From NCBI GenBank assembly GCA_002338385.1, contig DDIE01000011.1:1-56782 (forward strand): DNA of 56,782 nucleotides, written 5' to 3'. The DNA comes from Proteobacteria bacterium UBA1858 (lineage in GTDB: Bacteria; Pseudomonadota; Gammaproteobacteria; UBA4575). The notes beneath the pieces are model-generated. The model worked only from the letters and a program-made list of their open reading frames with translations. It ran no database searches and was not told the DNA's origin. This document shows, one piece after another, positions 9,941 to 20,517 of this stretch. Position 1 is the stretch's first letter, and each line of letters starts with the position of its first letter. Made by a program: the position numbers and the translations under genes.

Positions 9941-11686
9941 GTGAACATGCAAACACATATCAAACAACGCGACAGTGCAGTAACTGATCAATTCGCAGGC
10001 AGTGACATTTCGCCATTAATGCAAAGAGTATACGCCAATCGAGGCATAACGGATGCCGGCCAATTGGCCATGTCCTTAAAAAACATGCATTCGCCATATA
10101 CACTCAAGGATATCCATCAGGCTGTTGAACTGTTGTTGCATGCACTCGACAGTAAACAGCGCATTATTATAGTGGGTGATTATGATGCGGATGGTGCGAC
10201 CAGTTCAGCGCTTGCGCTGCGTGCGCTCAAACACTTAGCTGCTGAGGTGAGTTATATTGTCCCCAGTCGGTTTAAGTTTGGCTATGGCTTAACGCCAGAG
10301 ATTGTTGAGATTTGTGGGCAACAATCAGCCGAGCTCATCATCACCGTCGATAACGGTATCTCAAGTATCGCGGGCGCGCAGCATGCCAGCGATTTGGGCA
10401 TTAAACTTCTGATCACCGATCATCATTTGCCCGCTGCAGACTTGCCCATTGCGGATGCTATAGTCAATCCTAATCAAGCTGGGGATCAATTTCCCAGCAA
10501 AGCACTTGCCGGCGTGGGTGTTATGTTCTATCTGTTGATCGCGTTGCGCGCAAAGTTGCGTGAACTCGACTGGTTTAATCGGCACAACATTGAGCCACTG
10601 GATATCGTTCAGTGGCTGGATATTGTTGCTTTGGGTACGGTCGCAGATGTGGTTCCACTGGATCAGAATAATCGTATCTTGGTCGAGCAGGGCTTGCGGC
10701 GTATGCGTGCAGGTAAAGCCTGCGAGGGCATCAAGGCCTTATTATCGATTGCTGGCATTGAGCATAATCGGGTACTGGCCAGTGATTTAGGTTTTCAACT
10801 GGGACCAAGAATAAATGCGGCTGGCCGGTTGGAAGATATGTCTATCGGTGTTGAGTGTTTACTGACTGACGATCCTGCTAGAGCGAGCACCATCGCTGCG
10901 AGTCTGCATGAGCTAAACAATACCAGGCGTGAAATAGAGAGTGAAATGCAGCAGCAGGCATTGCAAAGTCTAGCTATGCTAGAAAAAACTGAGCTCACTG
11001 AATCATCTGAAATGGGTTTGTGTGTCTATCAGCCCGGTTGGCATCAGGGCGTAGTGGGTATTTTGGCCGCGCGTCTGAAAGAGAAATACTATCGACCCAC
11101 TATCGCCTTCGCCGATGGCGATGAGCAACAGCTCAAAGGCTCGGCGCGTTCTATCCCGGGCTTACATATTCGTGACATCCTCGCCACGGTGGCCAGTCAA
11201 TACCCAGATCTAATGACTAAGTTTGGTGGTCATGCGATGGCCGCAGGGTTGAGTTTACCACAGGACAATTATCAGGCTTTCAAGGCCGCATTCAATCACG
11301 TATTGGCTAGGCATTTGAGTGCGGATGACTTACAGGCGTATATTTTATCGGATGGCGAACTCATGGCTGAGCAGTTGAGTCTGACTGTAGCGCGAGAGAT
11401 ACGTAATGCCGGCCCTTGGGGCCAAGGTTTTTCTGTGCCAGTATTTGATGGTCACTTTGAGGTGCTCGATCAGCGCATTGTCGGTCAGAAACATCTCAAG
11501 TTAAGTCTGCAAGCAACCAATAGCAATAATATCCTAGATGCGATCCTATTCAATTATGCTAATTTTGGGTGGCAGACGCGAGCACAAACAGTGCATATTG
11601 CTTATCAACTGGAGGTCAATTATTTTCGCGGTGTAGAAACACCGCAGTTAATCATAAAGCACTTGCAAGTAATCGCCATGCACTAA
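9941..11686 (+). CDS. recJ: Single-stranded-DNA-specific exonuclease RecJ
   Basis: 581 aa with DHH/DHHA1 motifs (VGDYDADGATS, TVDNGISS, ITDHH, GTVADVVPL, GGHAMAAG). Collinear with E. coli RecJ. Confidence 0.96.
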   Translation: MNMQTHIKQRDSAVTDQFAGSDISPLMQRVYANRGITDAGQLAMSLKNMHSPYTLKDIHQAVELLLHALDSKQRIIIVGDYDADGATSSALALRALKHLAAEVSYIVPSRFKFGYGLTPEIVEICGQQSAELIITVDNGISSIAGAQHASDLGIKLLITDHHLPAADLPIADAIVNPNQAGDQFPSKALAGVGVMFYLLIALRAKLRELDWFNRHNIEPLDIVQWLDIVALGTVADVVPLDQNNRILVEQGLRRMRAGKACEGIKALLSIAGIEHNRVLASDLGFQLGPRINAAGRLEDMSIGVECLLTDDPARASTIAASLHELNNTRREIESEMQQQALQSLAMLEKTELTESSEMGLCVYQPGWHQGVVGILAARLKEKYYRPTIAFADGDEQQLKGSARSIPGLHIRDILATVASQYPDLMTKFGGHAMAAGLSLPQDNYQAFKAAFNHVLARHLSADDLQAYILSDGELMAEQLSLTVAREIRNAGPWGQGFSVPVFDGHFEVLDQRIVGQKHLKLSLQATNSNNILDAILFNYANFGWQTRAQTVHIAYQLEVNYFRGVETPQLIIKHLQVIAMH

Positions 11687-11760
11687 GTACATGACTGGGT
11701 TATCATACGACTCGAACAAATTATTCGTCATCTCTTGTTTAAACTTAGGCTGAGTTTGCC

Positions 11761-12856
11761 ATGGAACTAGCACTGTATTACACACAACTGAAAACCCTTG
11801 CTGAGAGAGTCACAGCCCTCAGGGGGTATCTTTGACTTCGACACTCAACTAGAACAACTGCAAGAGGTCACGCGTGAACTGGAACAGCCAGATATCTGGA
11901 ATCAACCTGAACGTGCCCAACAATTAGGCAAGCAGCGCGTTCAATATGAGGCGGTAGTGAACACTATTCTCACTGTAGAGCGAGGCATTACTGAGGCAAA
12001 TGAATTATTGCAGTTGGCCGAACTGGAGGAGGATCAGTCTACGGTAGATGCTGTCGTCCAGGATCTTGATGCATTGCAAGCAAACGTTGCGCAATTGGAA
12101 TTTCGCCGCATGTTCTCTGGTGATATGGATGGCAATAACGCCTTTGTCGATATTCAATCTGGCTCTGGCGGAACAGAAGCGCAGGACTGGGCGGAAATGC
12201 TCTTGCGCATGTACTTGCGCTGGGGTGAGGATAAAGGTTTCAAGACCGAACTGATCGAAGCCTCCGCCGGGGAAGTGGCCGGGATCAAAAGTGCCACGAT
12301 TAAGTTCGATGGGGACTATGCTTTTGGCTGGTTACGGACTGAAACCGGTGTTCATCGATTGGTGCGCAAATCACCTTTTGATTCTGGTAATCGCCGCCAT
12401 ACCTCTTTTGCCGCAGTATTTGTCTCTCCTGAGGTTGATGATGATATTGATATTGAAATCAACCCCGCAGATCTGCGCATTGATGTTTATCGTGCCAGCG
12501 GTGCCGGCGGTCAGCATGTGAATAAAACCGAATCGGCTGTGCGTATCACTCACTTGCCCAGTGGGGTTGTTACTCAATGTCAAAATGATCGCTCCCAACA
12601 TAAGAATAAAGATGTCGCGATGAGACAACTCAAGGCTAAACTGTACGAGTTGGAAGTGCAGAAGCGCAACACCGAACAACAAGCAATGGAAGATTCAAAA
12701 TCAGACATTGGTTGGGGCAGCCAGATTCGATCATATGTGCTGGATCAATCACGGATCAAAGATTTACGCACTGCAGTTGAAACCAGCAATACACAGGCTG
12801 TATTAGATGGAGCACTGGATCAATTCATACAGGCGAGCTTAAAACACGGCCTATAA
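11761..12856 (+). CDS. prfB: Peptide chain release factor 2, requires a programmed +1 frameshift: join(11761..11832,11834..12856)
   Basis: Frame 0 reads [24 protein letters not shown] then TGA at 11833-11835. The +1 frame continues DFDTQLEQL... and carries the SPF and GGQ motifs. Total about 364 aa. Confidence 0.95.
11821..11836 (+). other. prfB autoregulatory +1 frameshift site (AGGGGG TAT CTT TGA C)
   Basis: Internal SD-like AGGGGG lies 3 nt before the slippery CTT and the in-frame TGA followed by C. This matches the canonical RF2 recoding signal. Confidence 0.93.
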
Positions 12857-12884
12857 ATATATCGTCACACACAAAAAGTTAATT

Positions 12885-14381
12885 ATGAGCGAAGATAATA
12901 AACATCCAACTGCAGAACAAGATGACAATAAGCTGATTGCCTTGCGCCGAGAAAAACTCAATAGCATACGTAAGCTCCGGCAGGCTTATCCCAATGATTT
13001 TCGGCGTGATAGCTACGCGCAGGATCTGCAGGATAAATACGTAGATCAGAGTAAAGAGCAACTCGCTGAGCTGGCTATCGTTGCCAGCATCGCGGGTCGT
13101 ATTATGGCCAAGCGTGGGCCCTTCTTTGTGCTGCAGGACATGAGTGGGCGTATCCAGGCCTACTTGGATCGTAAAGTGTTGGCGCAAGAACAGCTGGCCG
13201 AGATTGATACCTGGGATATTGGCGATATTGTTGGCGTCAGCGGCCCGCTCAGTAAGTCGGGCAAGGGTGATTTATATGTCAAAACAAATACCATTACTTT
13301 GTTGACTAAATCCTTGCGTCCGTTACCCGAAAAGTTTCATGGCCTGACTGATCAAGAACAGCGTTACCGAATGCGCTACGTGGACTTAATGATGAATCCG
13401 TCTTCACGCAAGACATTTCTGCTACGCTCTAAAATTGTCGCTTTTATTCGTGACTATCTCCAACAGCAAGATTTTCTCGAAGTCGAAACACCAATGATGC
13501 AAGCGATACCTGGGGGCGCATCGGCCAAACCGTTTGAGACGCATCATAATGCACTGGATATGCAATTGTTTTTACGCATTGCTCCTGAGTTGTACTTGAA
13601 GCGATTAGTGGTGGGTGGTTTTGAGCGCGTGTTCGAGATTAATCGTAACTTTAGAAACGAAGGATTGTCGACTCGGCATAATCCAGAATTCACCATGTTG
13701 GAATTCTATGAGGCTTACGCGGACTACCATACCTTAATGGACCGTACCGAGGATATGTTACGCCAACTGACTCATCATCTATTTCAACGTTATAGCATTG
13801 AATATCAGGGGTCTGAGTATGATTTTGCGCAGCCATTTAGGCGACTCTCTGTGCAGCAAGCTGTCCTGCATTACAATCCAGAGCTAAAGCAAGATGACCT
13901 GGCATCTGTTGAGTCATTACGGACTATTTGTGATCGACTTGATATCGCTTACCTTGAGAGTTACGGGACGGGTAAGTTGTTGATTGAGGTTTTTGAAAAA
14001 ACAGTTGAGGACCAACTTGATCAACCAACATTCATTACTGAATATCCCACCGAGGTTTCACCTCTGGCGCGTCGCAATGACATTAATCCAGAAATAACTG
14101 ACCGGTTTGAGTTTTTTGTCGCGGGGAAAGAAATTGCTAATGGTTTTTCTGAGCTCAATGATGCAGAAGATCAAGCCCTTCGCTTCCAACAACAGGTGGC
14201 GCAAAAAGAAGGTGGCGATGATGAAGCCATGCACTTTGATGCAGATTATATTCGCGCATTAGAATATGGTTTGGCACCGACAGCAGGTGAAGGTATCGGC
14301 ATCGATCGTCTGGTGATGCTATTTACTGATTCCGCCTCAATTCGCGACGTGTTGCTATTCCCACATATGCGCCCGGAATAA
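12885..14381 (+). CDS. lysS: Lysine--tRNA ligase (class II)
   Basis: 498 aa, 28 nt downstream of prfB as in E. coli. Class II motifs present ([16 protein letters not shown]). Confidence 0.96.
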   Translation: MSEDNKHPTAEQDDNKLIALRREKLNSIRKLRQAYPNDFRRDSYAQDLQDKYVDQSKEQLAELAIVASIAGRIMAKRGPFFVLQDMSGRIQAYLDRKVLAQEQLAEIDTWDIGDIVGVSGPLSKSGKGDLYVKTNTITLLTKSLRPLPEKFHGLTDQEQRYRMRYVDLMMNPSSRKTFLLRSKIVAFIRDYLQQQDFLEVETPMMQAIPGGASAKPFETHHNALDMQLFLRIAPELYLKRLVVGGFERVFEINRNFRNEGLSTRHNPEFTMLEFYEAYADYHTLMDRTEDMLRQLTHHLFQRYSIEYQGSEYDFAQPFRRLSVQQAVLHYNPELKQDDLASVESLRTICDRLDIAYLESYGTGKLLIEVFEKTVEDQLDQPTFITEYPTEVSPLARRNDINPEITDRFEFFVAGKEIANGFSELNDAEDQALRFQQQVAQKEGGDDEAMHFDADYIRALEYGLAPTAGEGIGIDRLVMLFTDSASIRDVLLFPHMRPE

Positions 14382-14394
14382 TAAGTACGGGGAA

Positions 14395-14961
14395 ATGTGT
14401 GTGCATCGCTGTGACTGGGCTGAGGTGAATGATTTGCTTGTAGCAGATCACGATCAGCACTGGGGTGTGCCGCTGTATGATGACCAGCAATTATTCAGAC
14501 AGTTACTTCTGGAGAACGCCCAAGCAGGTTTAAGTTGGACACTGATATTAAGCAAACAGGCAGGCTACCAACGCGCTTTCGATGATTTCTGTCCAGCCAA
14601 GATTGCGCGCTATGATGACGCTAAAATTCAATCTTTACTGACTAATCCTAACATTGTGCGCAATCAGTTAAAGATACGGGCAGCCGTCACCAACGCGCAG
14701 GCTTACCTCAAGATACAGCAACAATATGGTTCATTTGCTGACTACTGCTGGTCTTTTGTAGGCGGCGCACCGATCATTAATGGCTGGCGGCACGCGCACC
14801 AGGTACCGACCTGCAGCGCTGAATCGAAAGCGATGAGTGCCAGTTTCAAGCGCCATGGATTTAAGTTTGTGGGTGCGACTACTTGCTATGCCTTCATGCA
14901 GGCCGTAGGCATGGTGAATGACCATCTGCAATCATGTTTCCGCTATCAGCAGCTATGTTAG
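14395..14961 (+). CDS. tag: DNA-3-methyladenine glycosylase I
   Basis: 188 aa with the Tag signature RCDW...HDQHWGVP...LLENAQAGLSW and C-terminal zinc-ligand residues. Confidence 0.9.
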   Translation: MCVHRCDWAEVNDLLVADHDQHWGVPLYDDQQLFRQLLLENAQAGLSWTLILSKQAGYQRAFDDFCPAKIARYDDAKIQSLLTNPNIVRNQLKIRAAVTNAQAYLKIQQQYGSFADYCWSFVGGAPIINGWRHAHQVPTCSAESKAMSASFKRHGFKFVGATTCYAFMQAVGMVNDHLQSCFRYQQLC

Positions 14962-15119
14962 GCAATCTGTTCGACTACAATTGAGATCAGCAAGATCAAA
15001 ATGAACGATACTGAGATGAGCAGGAGGAAGTTAGAAATTACACGACTGTTCGCGCGGATGATGTACGCGGCAAGTGCACTCAAGGTGGCAATGACGAGGT
15101 AGATGATGACTGCTTTCAT
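14958..15119 (-). CDS. Candidate 53-aa two-TM small membrane protein (below the ORF-track length cutoff)
   Basis: Minus-strand ATG 15119 overlaps the ygfZ stop in an ATGA arrangement. Translates MKAVIIYLVIATLSALAAYIIRANSRVISNFLLLISVSFILILLISIVVEQIA*. Its stop overlaps the tag stop codon on the other strand. No family recognised. Confidence 0.35.
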   Translation of the reverse strand: MKAVIIYLVIATLSALAAYIIRANSRVISNFLLLISVSFILILLISIVVEQIA

Positions 15120-16105
15120 AGTTTTTTCTCAGCAGCTTCCTCTAGGGGAACCGCGTAGGGTAGGGTGAGTATGCTCAGCGCCGTATCATGCAGTGTCAGG
15201 TGATCAGTTTTGACACTGGCAATATGGATAATGGCCAAACCTAGCGAGGTATGCGGCTGTTTGACTGCGCTCACCACCTTACCTACAACGCGCTGCGTAG
15301 TGGCATCATGAATATCATCTCCAGCCGCAATCGTTGGCGGGCAAGCGCAACTGAATTGAAACATGCGTCGGTTGCTGTTACCGAGATAATGCAAGCGTGC
15401 CACGACTTCCTGACCGGGATAGCACCCCTTCTTGAAGCTGACGCCATCGATAAGCTCCATATTCGCCATTTGTGGGACAAAAGCCTCTTTTAATGCCTCG
15501 CACAGGCTGGGAATACCATTGATGATGTCCAGATAAAGCCAGTATGCCTGGCGACATACAACATCGTGCGGTAGCTGATTCAGGTCTAGTGTTTGCCGAC
15601 TGAGGATAATATAGCGTGCAGTCTCCGCTGGTGCTCGCATGCATAGCGTGTGTTCATCACTGACGCTCTGATAGGGTCGCTCAGGCGCACGGCCGGCGCA
15701 GACTTGATTAATCAACGCACCATGTGGATCGGCAATACCAAATAATTGTGCGTCGTCGACTTGTTCAAACACAACCTTTGCACGCATGACATACATCGTT
15801 AATCGTTGCACTACTGCGGCCGCCGTATCAGCCGACAAAATCATAATATAGTCCTGTTGCCATTGGACCAAATAGAATATTGCCAGCATACGACCCTTAG
15901 GGGTGCAGTAAGCATTTAAAGTCGCCGCAGCTGGGGTAGTCTTCTCAAGATCGTTACTTAATTGGCCCTGGAGGAAGGATTTTGCATCATCGCCGCTCAC
16001 TCGGTAAGCGCACAAATGGTCGAGGGCAATGAAAGCTGTTTGCTTGTCGATGGTCTGATAATCACTTACTTCATCTGTTGCGGCTGATAATTCGGCAATA
16101 TTCAT
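15116..16105 (-). CDS. ygfZ: Folate-binding Fe-S cluster repair / tRNA-modifying protein YgfZ
   Basis: 329 aa with a GcvT-like fold and the YgfZ signature KGCYPGQEVVAR. Confidence 0.9.
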   Translation of the reverse strand: MNIAELSAATDEVSDYQTIDKQTAFIALDHLCAYRVSGDDAKSFLQGQLSNDLEKTTPAAATLNAYCTPKGRMLAIFYLVQWQQDYIMILSADTAAAVVQRLTMYVMRAKVVFEQVDDAQLFGIADPHGALINQVCAGRAPERPYQSVSDEHTLCMRAPAETARYIILSRQTLDLNQLPHDVVCRQAYWLYLDIINGIPSLCEALKEAFVPQMANMELIDGVSFKKGCYPGQEVVARLHYLGNSNRRMFQFSCACPPTIAAGDDIHDATTQRVVGKVVSAVKQPHTSLGLAIIHIASVKTDHLTLHDTALSILTLPYAVPLEEAAEKKL

Positions 16106-16340
16106 GGCGTGTGAGAGTCTTAGAAGTTATTGTTTAGTGAAGATATTGGTGTTACCTGAGGCTCGATTTGACCCTAATTGCGAGGAAAGTCAAGCTTTGT
16201 TAAACGATGTACATACTTAGCAAAGAAATTTAATTGTCAAGCTAGCGCAATCTACTCAAGTCATGTAATTTTGTGTTTAGTCGAGCAGATCGCTATACAA
16301 GGGGGGTACAGTAACTACTGCCTTTAACCAGTGAAAAAGT

Positions 16341-16370
16341 TTGGTTATTCAGCCCTTTAGCTTATATAAT
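16341..16370 (+). promoter_or_regulatory. Candidate sigma70 promoter for sdhCDAB (TTGGTT-18 nt-TATAAT)
   Basis: Perfect TATAAT at 16365-16370 with TTGGTT at 16341-16346. Would give a leader of about 95 nt before the sdhC ATG at 16472. Sequence inspection only. Confidence 0.3.
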
Positions 16371-16471
16371 GCCGGACTTTTGTGAGCATCAGGAAGATGC
16401 ATTGCAGTGTTAATCTGGCGCTTGTCAAAGCACAAAAGAATTCAATAAAAGCACAGTCAGGAGTCAATCAC

Positions 16472-16861
16472 ATGAGTGTATCTCATCGACCATTGTCACC
16501 TCATCTTGGTATCTATAGATGGCAACTTACAATGGCACTCTCAATTCTCCATCGCGCCAGCGGTGTTTTCCTCAGCTTAGGTACCGTGCTGCTGGTGTTA
16601 GTATTACTCGCCATCGCCACTGGCCAATCTGAATTTGAAATGATCCAAGGGCTACTGAATAACATTATTGGCCAGCTATTCATGTTGGGCTGGACCGTAT
16701 CACTCTATTTACATATGGCTAATGGCTTGCGCCATCTGATCTGGGATGCAGGTGTTGGCCTAGGTAAAAACATTGCCAATCAATCTGGTGTATTTGTAAT
16801 TGCCTTCACTGTTATCGCCACTGGCGCAACTTGGGCGCTGGCCATTTGGAGCGGTTCATGA
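16472..16861 (+). CDS. sdhC: Succinate dehydrogenase cytochrome b556 subunit
   Basis: Internal ATG 16472 preceded by AGGAG. Product MSVSHRPLSPHLGIYRWQLTMALSILHR is a typical SdhC N-terminus. 129 aa. Confidence 0.92.
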   Translation: MSVSHRPLSPHLGIYRWQLTMALSILHRASGVFLSLGTVLLVLVLLAIATGQSEFEMIQGLLNNIIGQLFMLGWTVSLYLHMANGLRHLIWDAGVGLGKNIANQSGVFVIAFTVIATGATWALAIWSGS

Positions 16862-17235
16862 GTTTAAGAACACCATTATCTAACGTTAAAGGCTTGGGCT
16901 CGGCTAAAGAGGGCGCACACCATTGGTGGATGCAGCGCTTGACGTCTATTGCCCTATTGCCACTGACTCTTTGGCTGGCATTTTCAGTCGCCAGTTTCGG
17001 CAGTATGTCATATCTGTCTGTTGTCGCCTGGATGCAGTCACCATTAGTGGCCGTAGCAGCAGCGCTCTTGGTGGTGGTGCTGTTATACCACCTGCAACTT
17101 GGCGCACAGGTTATCATCGAGGATTACGTTGGCGGATGGTTGAGAATAACCTCTCTCATCATGCTGAACTTTGCCTGTATTGCACTTGCTTTCCTCGGTC
17201 TGTTTTCAATCATAAAAGTATCTTTAGCCCTATGA
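16858..17235 (+). CDS. sdhD: Succinate dehydrogenase hydrophobic membrane anchor subunit
   Basis: ATG 16858 in an ATGA overlap with the sdhC stop. Product [24 protein letters not shown]..., 125 aa with 3 TM helices. Confidence 0.9.
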   Translation: MSLRTPLSNVKGLGSAKEGAHHWWMQRLTSIALLPLTLWLAFSVASFGSMSYLSVVAWMQSPLVAVAAALLVVVLLYHLQLGAQVIIEDYVGGWLRITSLIMLNFACIALAFLGLFSIIKVSLAL

Positions 17236-19022
17236 GTACAAGTTATAAATTAATCGAGCATGAATATGACGTGCTAGTGGTTGGTGCCGGTGGTGCTGGC
17301 CTACGCGCGACTTTCGGTATGGCTGTCAGTGGTCTATCCACCGCCTGTATTTCCAAAGTATTTCCTACCCGCAGTCACACTGTTGCTGCGCAGGGTGGAA
17401 TGAGCGCATCACTAGGTAATATGGGAGAAGATGACTGGCGCTGGCACATGTACGACACAGTCAAAGGCTCAGATTGGTTGGGCGACCAGGATGCGATTGA
17501 ATATATGTGCCGCGAGGCAGTGCCTGCAATCGTCGAGTTAGAGCATTATGGGGTGCCATTCTCACGCACTGATGAGGGTAAGATTTATCAGCGCCCGTTC
17601 GGTGGTATGACCACGCGTTACGGGGAGGGGATTGCCCAGCGCACATGCGCAGCGGCTGACCGAACCGGCCACGCGATACTGCATACGCTCTATCAGCAGT
17701 CGCTCAAGCACAACGCTGAATTTTTTATCGAATACTTCGCTATCGATCTGTTAATGGATGAAGATGGTAGTTGCCGTGGTGTCATTGCGATAGATTTGGC
17801 AACGGGAGAACTGCACCGATTCCGAGCGCATCAGGTGCTAATGGCAACTGGCGGTTATGGCAGAACATATTTCTCATGTACTTCCGCACATACCTGCACC
17901 GGGGATGGCAACGCGATGGTCCTGCGCGCGGGTATGCCGCTGCAAGATATGGAGTTCGTCCAGTTCCATCCTACTGGAATTTACGGTTCAGGATGCTTGA
18001 TTACAGAAGGAGCTCGCGGGGAGGGTGGTTACCTCACTAACGCCAGTGGCGAGCGTTTCATGGAGCGCTATGCACCTAATGCCAAAGATTTAGCTTCGCG
18101 CGATGTGGTCAGTCGTTCAATGACGATGGAAATTAACGCCGGACGTGGGGTGGGTGAAGAGGCCGATCATATTCATCTCCATCTGGAGCATTTAGGGGCA
18201 GATGTTATTAACGAGCGCTTGCCTGGTATCGCCGAGAGTGCGCAAATATTTGCCGGTGTAGATGTCACTAAAGAACCAATACCCGTTCTACCCACCGTGC
18301 ACTACAACATGGGCGGTATTCCTACTAATCATCATGGTCAAGTGGTCAATCTGGTAGATGGTGACCCGAATACCATCATGCCAGGCTTAATGGCTATCGG
18401 TGAGGCTGCGTGTGTGTCAGTTCACGGCGCTAATCGTCTTGGCTCCAACTCACTACTAGATCTGATCGTATTCGGTCGTGCTGCAGCAATACGCGCAGCT
18501 GAATTAGTCAAACCGAATACCCCGCATCCTACTCTGGCGGAGAGTGCGAGTGAGAAAATCCTCGATCGCTTTGATGCGCTGCGTCATGCTAACGGCAGTA
18601 CCCCGACGGCGGAGCTCAGACTGGAGTTGCAAAAGAATATGCAAACCCATGCAGCAGTATTCAGAACAGGCGAGTCTTTAAGCTCTGGTTTAGCTAAGGT
18701 TAACGCTCTGAATGATCAGTTCAAAGATGTCAAAGTTACCGACAAATCATTGATTTGGAACACAGACCTAATAGAAACGCTTGAATTAGCCAATCTACTC
18801 CCGCAAGCCATTGCGACAGTCGCCTCAGCACTCAACCGAGAAGAGAGTCGTGGAGCGCATGCACGCGATGACCATCAGGAGCGTAATGACGAAACCTGGA
18901 TGAAGCATACCCTAGCAAATGTGGCAGACAGTGGAGAAGTGACGGTGGCATATCGGCCGGTGACAATGACAACATTGACCGATGAAGTGGATGTCTTTCC
19001 ACCCAAAGCACGCGTTTACTAA
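17232..19022 (+). CDS. sdhA: Succinate dehydrogenase flavoprotein subunit
   Basis: ATG 17232 in an ATGA overlap with the sdhD stop. Product [23 protein letters not shown]..., with the covalent-FAD His region ([10 protein letters not shown]). 596 aa. The long 5' extension in the ORF track (from 16923) is out of frame with sdhD and not credible. Confidence 0.97.
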   Translation: MSTSYKLIEHEYDVLVVGAGGAGLRATFGMAVSGLSTACISKVFPTRSHTVAAQGGMSASLGNMGEDDWRWHMYDTVKGSDWLGDQDAIEYMCREAVPAIVELEHYGVPFSRTDEGKIYQRPFGGMTTRYGEGIAQRTCAAADRTGHAILHTLYQQSLKHNAEFFIEYFAIDLLMDEDGSCRGVIAIDLATGELHRFRAHQVLMATGGYGRTYFSCTSAHTCTGDGNAMVLRAGMPLQDMEFVQFHPTGIYGSGCLITEGARGEGGYLTNASGERFMERYAPNAKDLASRDVVSRSMTMEINAGRGVGEEADHIHLHLEHLGADVINERLPGIAESAQIFAGVDVTKEPIPVLPTVHYNMGGIPTNHHGQVVNLVDGDPNTIMPGLMAIGEAACVSVHGANRLGSNSLLDLIVFGRAAAIRAAELVKPNTPHPTLAESASEKILDRFDALRHANGSTPTAELRLELQKNMQTHAAVFRTGESLSSGLAKVNALNDQFKDVKVTDKSLIWNTDLIETLELANLLPQAIATVASALNREESRGAHARDDHQERNDETWMKHTLANVADSGEVTVAYRPVTMTTLTDEVDVFPPKARVY

Positions 19023-19056
19023 ATTATTCATTTAAAGGCTAAACTGAGGACTAAGC

Positions 19057-19839
19057 ATGGCAGAATTTACCCTACCAGCAAATTCTATTGTCAAAAAGGG
19101 CAAGCAATTTGAGGCGCCCACTGGTGCTACCAACACCAAGCGTTTCAAGGTCTATCGTTATGACCCTGACGATGGTCAAAATCCACGCGTCGACGTCTAT
19201 GACGTTGACTTAGACAGCTGTGGACCAATGGTGCTGGATGCGCTCATAAAAATTAAAAATGAGGTAGATTCGACGCTTACTTTTCGCCGCTCATGCCGCG
19301 AGGGTATCTGTGGCTCTTGCTCGATGAATATTGATGGCATGAACACCTTGGCGTGCATTAAAGCAATTGCGGATTGTAAGGGTGACGTGGAAATATACCC
19401 CTTGCCTCACATGGGTGTGGTGAAAGATCTGGTCCCTGATTTAACCAACTTTTATGCCCAATACGCTTCGGTGCAACCCTGGATGCAAACTGATACACCA
19501 CCCCCGCCAGATCGTGAGAGGCTCCAATCCAAAGCCGATAGGGAACGCTTGGAAGGACTTGAAGAATGCATTCTATGTGCTTGTTGTTCAACAAGTTGTC
19601 CGAGTTACTGGTGGAATAGCGATCGTTATCTCGGGCCGGCCGCATTGCTGGCTGCGTATCGCTGGATATCCGACAGTCGGGATGAGGCGACTGGCGAGCG
19701 TCTGGATGAGCTCGAGGATCCATTTAAGCTATATCGCTGTCACACGATTATGAACTGCACCAATGCCTGCCCAAAGAACCTCAACCCAGCTAAGGCAATT
19801 GCAGAAATTAAGAAGCTCATCATCCAGCGCAAAACATAG
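19057..19839 (+). CDS. sdhB: Succinate dehydrogenase iron-sulfur subunit
   Basis: 260 aa with three Cys clusters ([31 protein letters not shown]). Confidence 0.97.
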   Translation: MAEFTLPANSIVKKGKQFEAPTGATNTKRFKVYRYDPDDGQNPRVDVYDVDLDSCGPMVLDALIKIKNEVDSTLTFRRSCREGICGSCSMNIDGMNTLACIKAIADCKGDVEIYPLPHMGVVKDLVPDLTNFYAQYASVQPWMQTDTPPPPDRERLQSKADRERLEGLEECILCACCSTSCPSYWWNSDRYLGPAALLAAYRWISDSRDEATGERLDELEDPFKLYRCHTIMNCTNACPKNLNPAKAIAEIKKLIIQRKT

Positions 19840-19841
19840 CC

Positions 19842-20084
19842 ATGTCGATTCGGCCGGAGCCATCAAAACTGCGTTGGCGATGTCGACGCGGTACGAAGGA
19901 ACTGGATACACTGACAGAGCGTTACCTAGACGATCACTATGCGGCGGCCAGTCTGGCTGAACAATGTGCGTTCGCGCAATTATTGGAGTTACAAGATCCG
20001 GAGTTATATAAGATACTCACACGTGAGCATGTGCCTGACGACGCACTGGTGAAAAGTATTGTGGAGAAAATAAATCAAACCTAA
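19842..20084 (+). CDS. sdhE: FAD assembly factor SdhE (YgfY/CptB family)
   Basis: 80 aa with RWRCRRGTKELD (the RGxxE motif). Starts 2 nt after the sdhB stop. Confidence 0.9.
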   Translation: MSIRPEPSKLRWRCRRGTKELDTLTERYLDDHYAAASLAEQCAFAQLLELQDPELYKILTREHVPDDALVKSIVEKINQT

Positions 20085-20109
20085 CGGCGCCACGCAGTGT
20101 TTCTCTATA

Positions 20110-20511
20110 GTGAGATCTGGCAGGCTATTAATGGTCGATCTCTTATTCACTCTATTTGGTCTTTTGTTAGTCTTCAACTATAGTCTGGAAACTCCATATA
20201 AGCTACTGTTATTACTGGTTTTTGTGTATCAGCTATATCAGCATCTGCGGGTCACCTCTAGTTGTCGTCTTGAGTTTAAACCTGACCAGTCTGAGTGGTT
20301 TTATATTGACCATAAACAACACCAACAACGCGTAGAGTCGATCCATCCTGTTTACCTCAGCGCCAAGCTGATAGCACTCAATCTAGATTTGCCAAAGGCC
20401 TCTGGCGTGCACATCATCATTACCCAAAGCTGTTTGATTGACGATCAGTTTAACCAGTTAAGGCGCGCAATAATCTGCCCACAACTTAAACATCCCCACG
20501 CCGTGCTGTAG
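20110..20511 (+). CDS. ygfX: YgfX/CptA-family inner-membrane protein (DUF1434)
   Basis: About 133 aa with two N-terminal TM helices and a C-terminal ...IDDQFNQLRRAI motif like E. coli YgfX. Immediately downstream of sdhE, as in E. coli. Start uncertain: GTG 20110 or ATG 20131. Confidence 0.65.
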   Translation: MRSGRLLMVDLLFTLFGLLLVFNYSLETPYKLLLLLVFVYQLYQHLRVTSSCRLEFKPDQSEWFYIDHKQHQQRVESIHPVYLSAKLIALNLDLPKASGVHIIITQSCLIDDQFNQLRRAIICPQLKHPHAVL

Positions 20512-20517
20512 TCATAC

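Noticed and set aside
9886-9963. 26-codon N-terminal extension of the DHPS-like gene (MICVCMFTYYQFWLPVRRLFNLENTN)
   Set aside because: It would overlap the recJ start codon on the opposite strand and would leave no shared promoter space. The conserved-looking sequence begins at MSQHYLFLTGK (ATG 9885).
16923-17231. 103-codon 5' extension of the sdhA ORF (the ORF track gives 699 aa)
   Set aside because: The extension overlaps all of sdhD in another frame and has Arg/Cys-rich nonsense-like composition. The canonical SdhA N-terminus [23 protein letters not shown] begins at ATG 17232 in an ATGA overlap with the sdhD stop.
19358-19723. 121-aa minus-strand ORF and 99-aa plus-strand alternative-frame ORF inside sdhB
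   Set aside because: Both are embedded in sdhB, whose three Cys clusters identify the true frame. No independent support.
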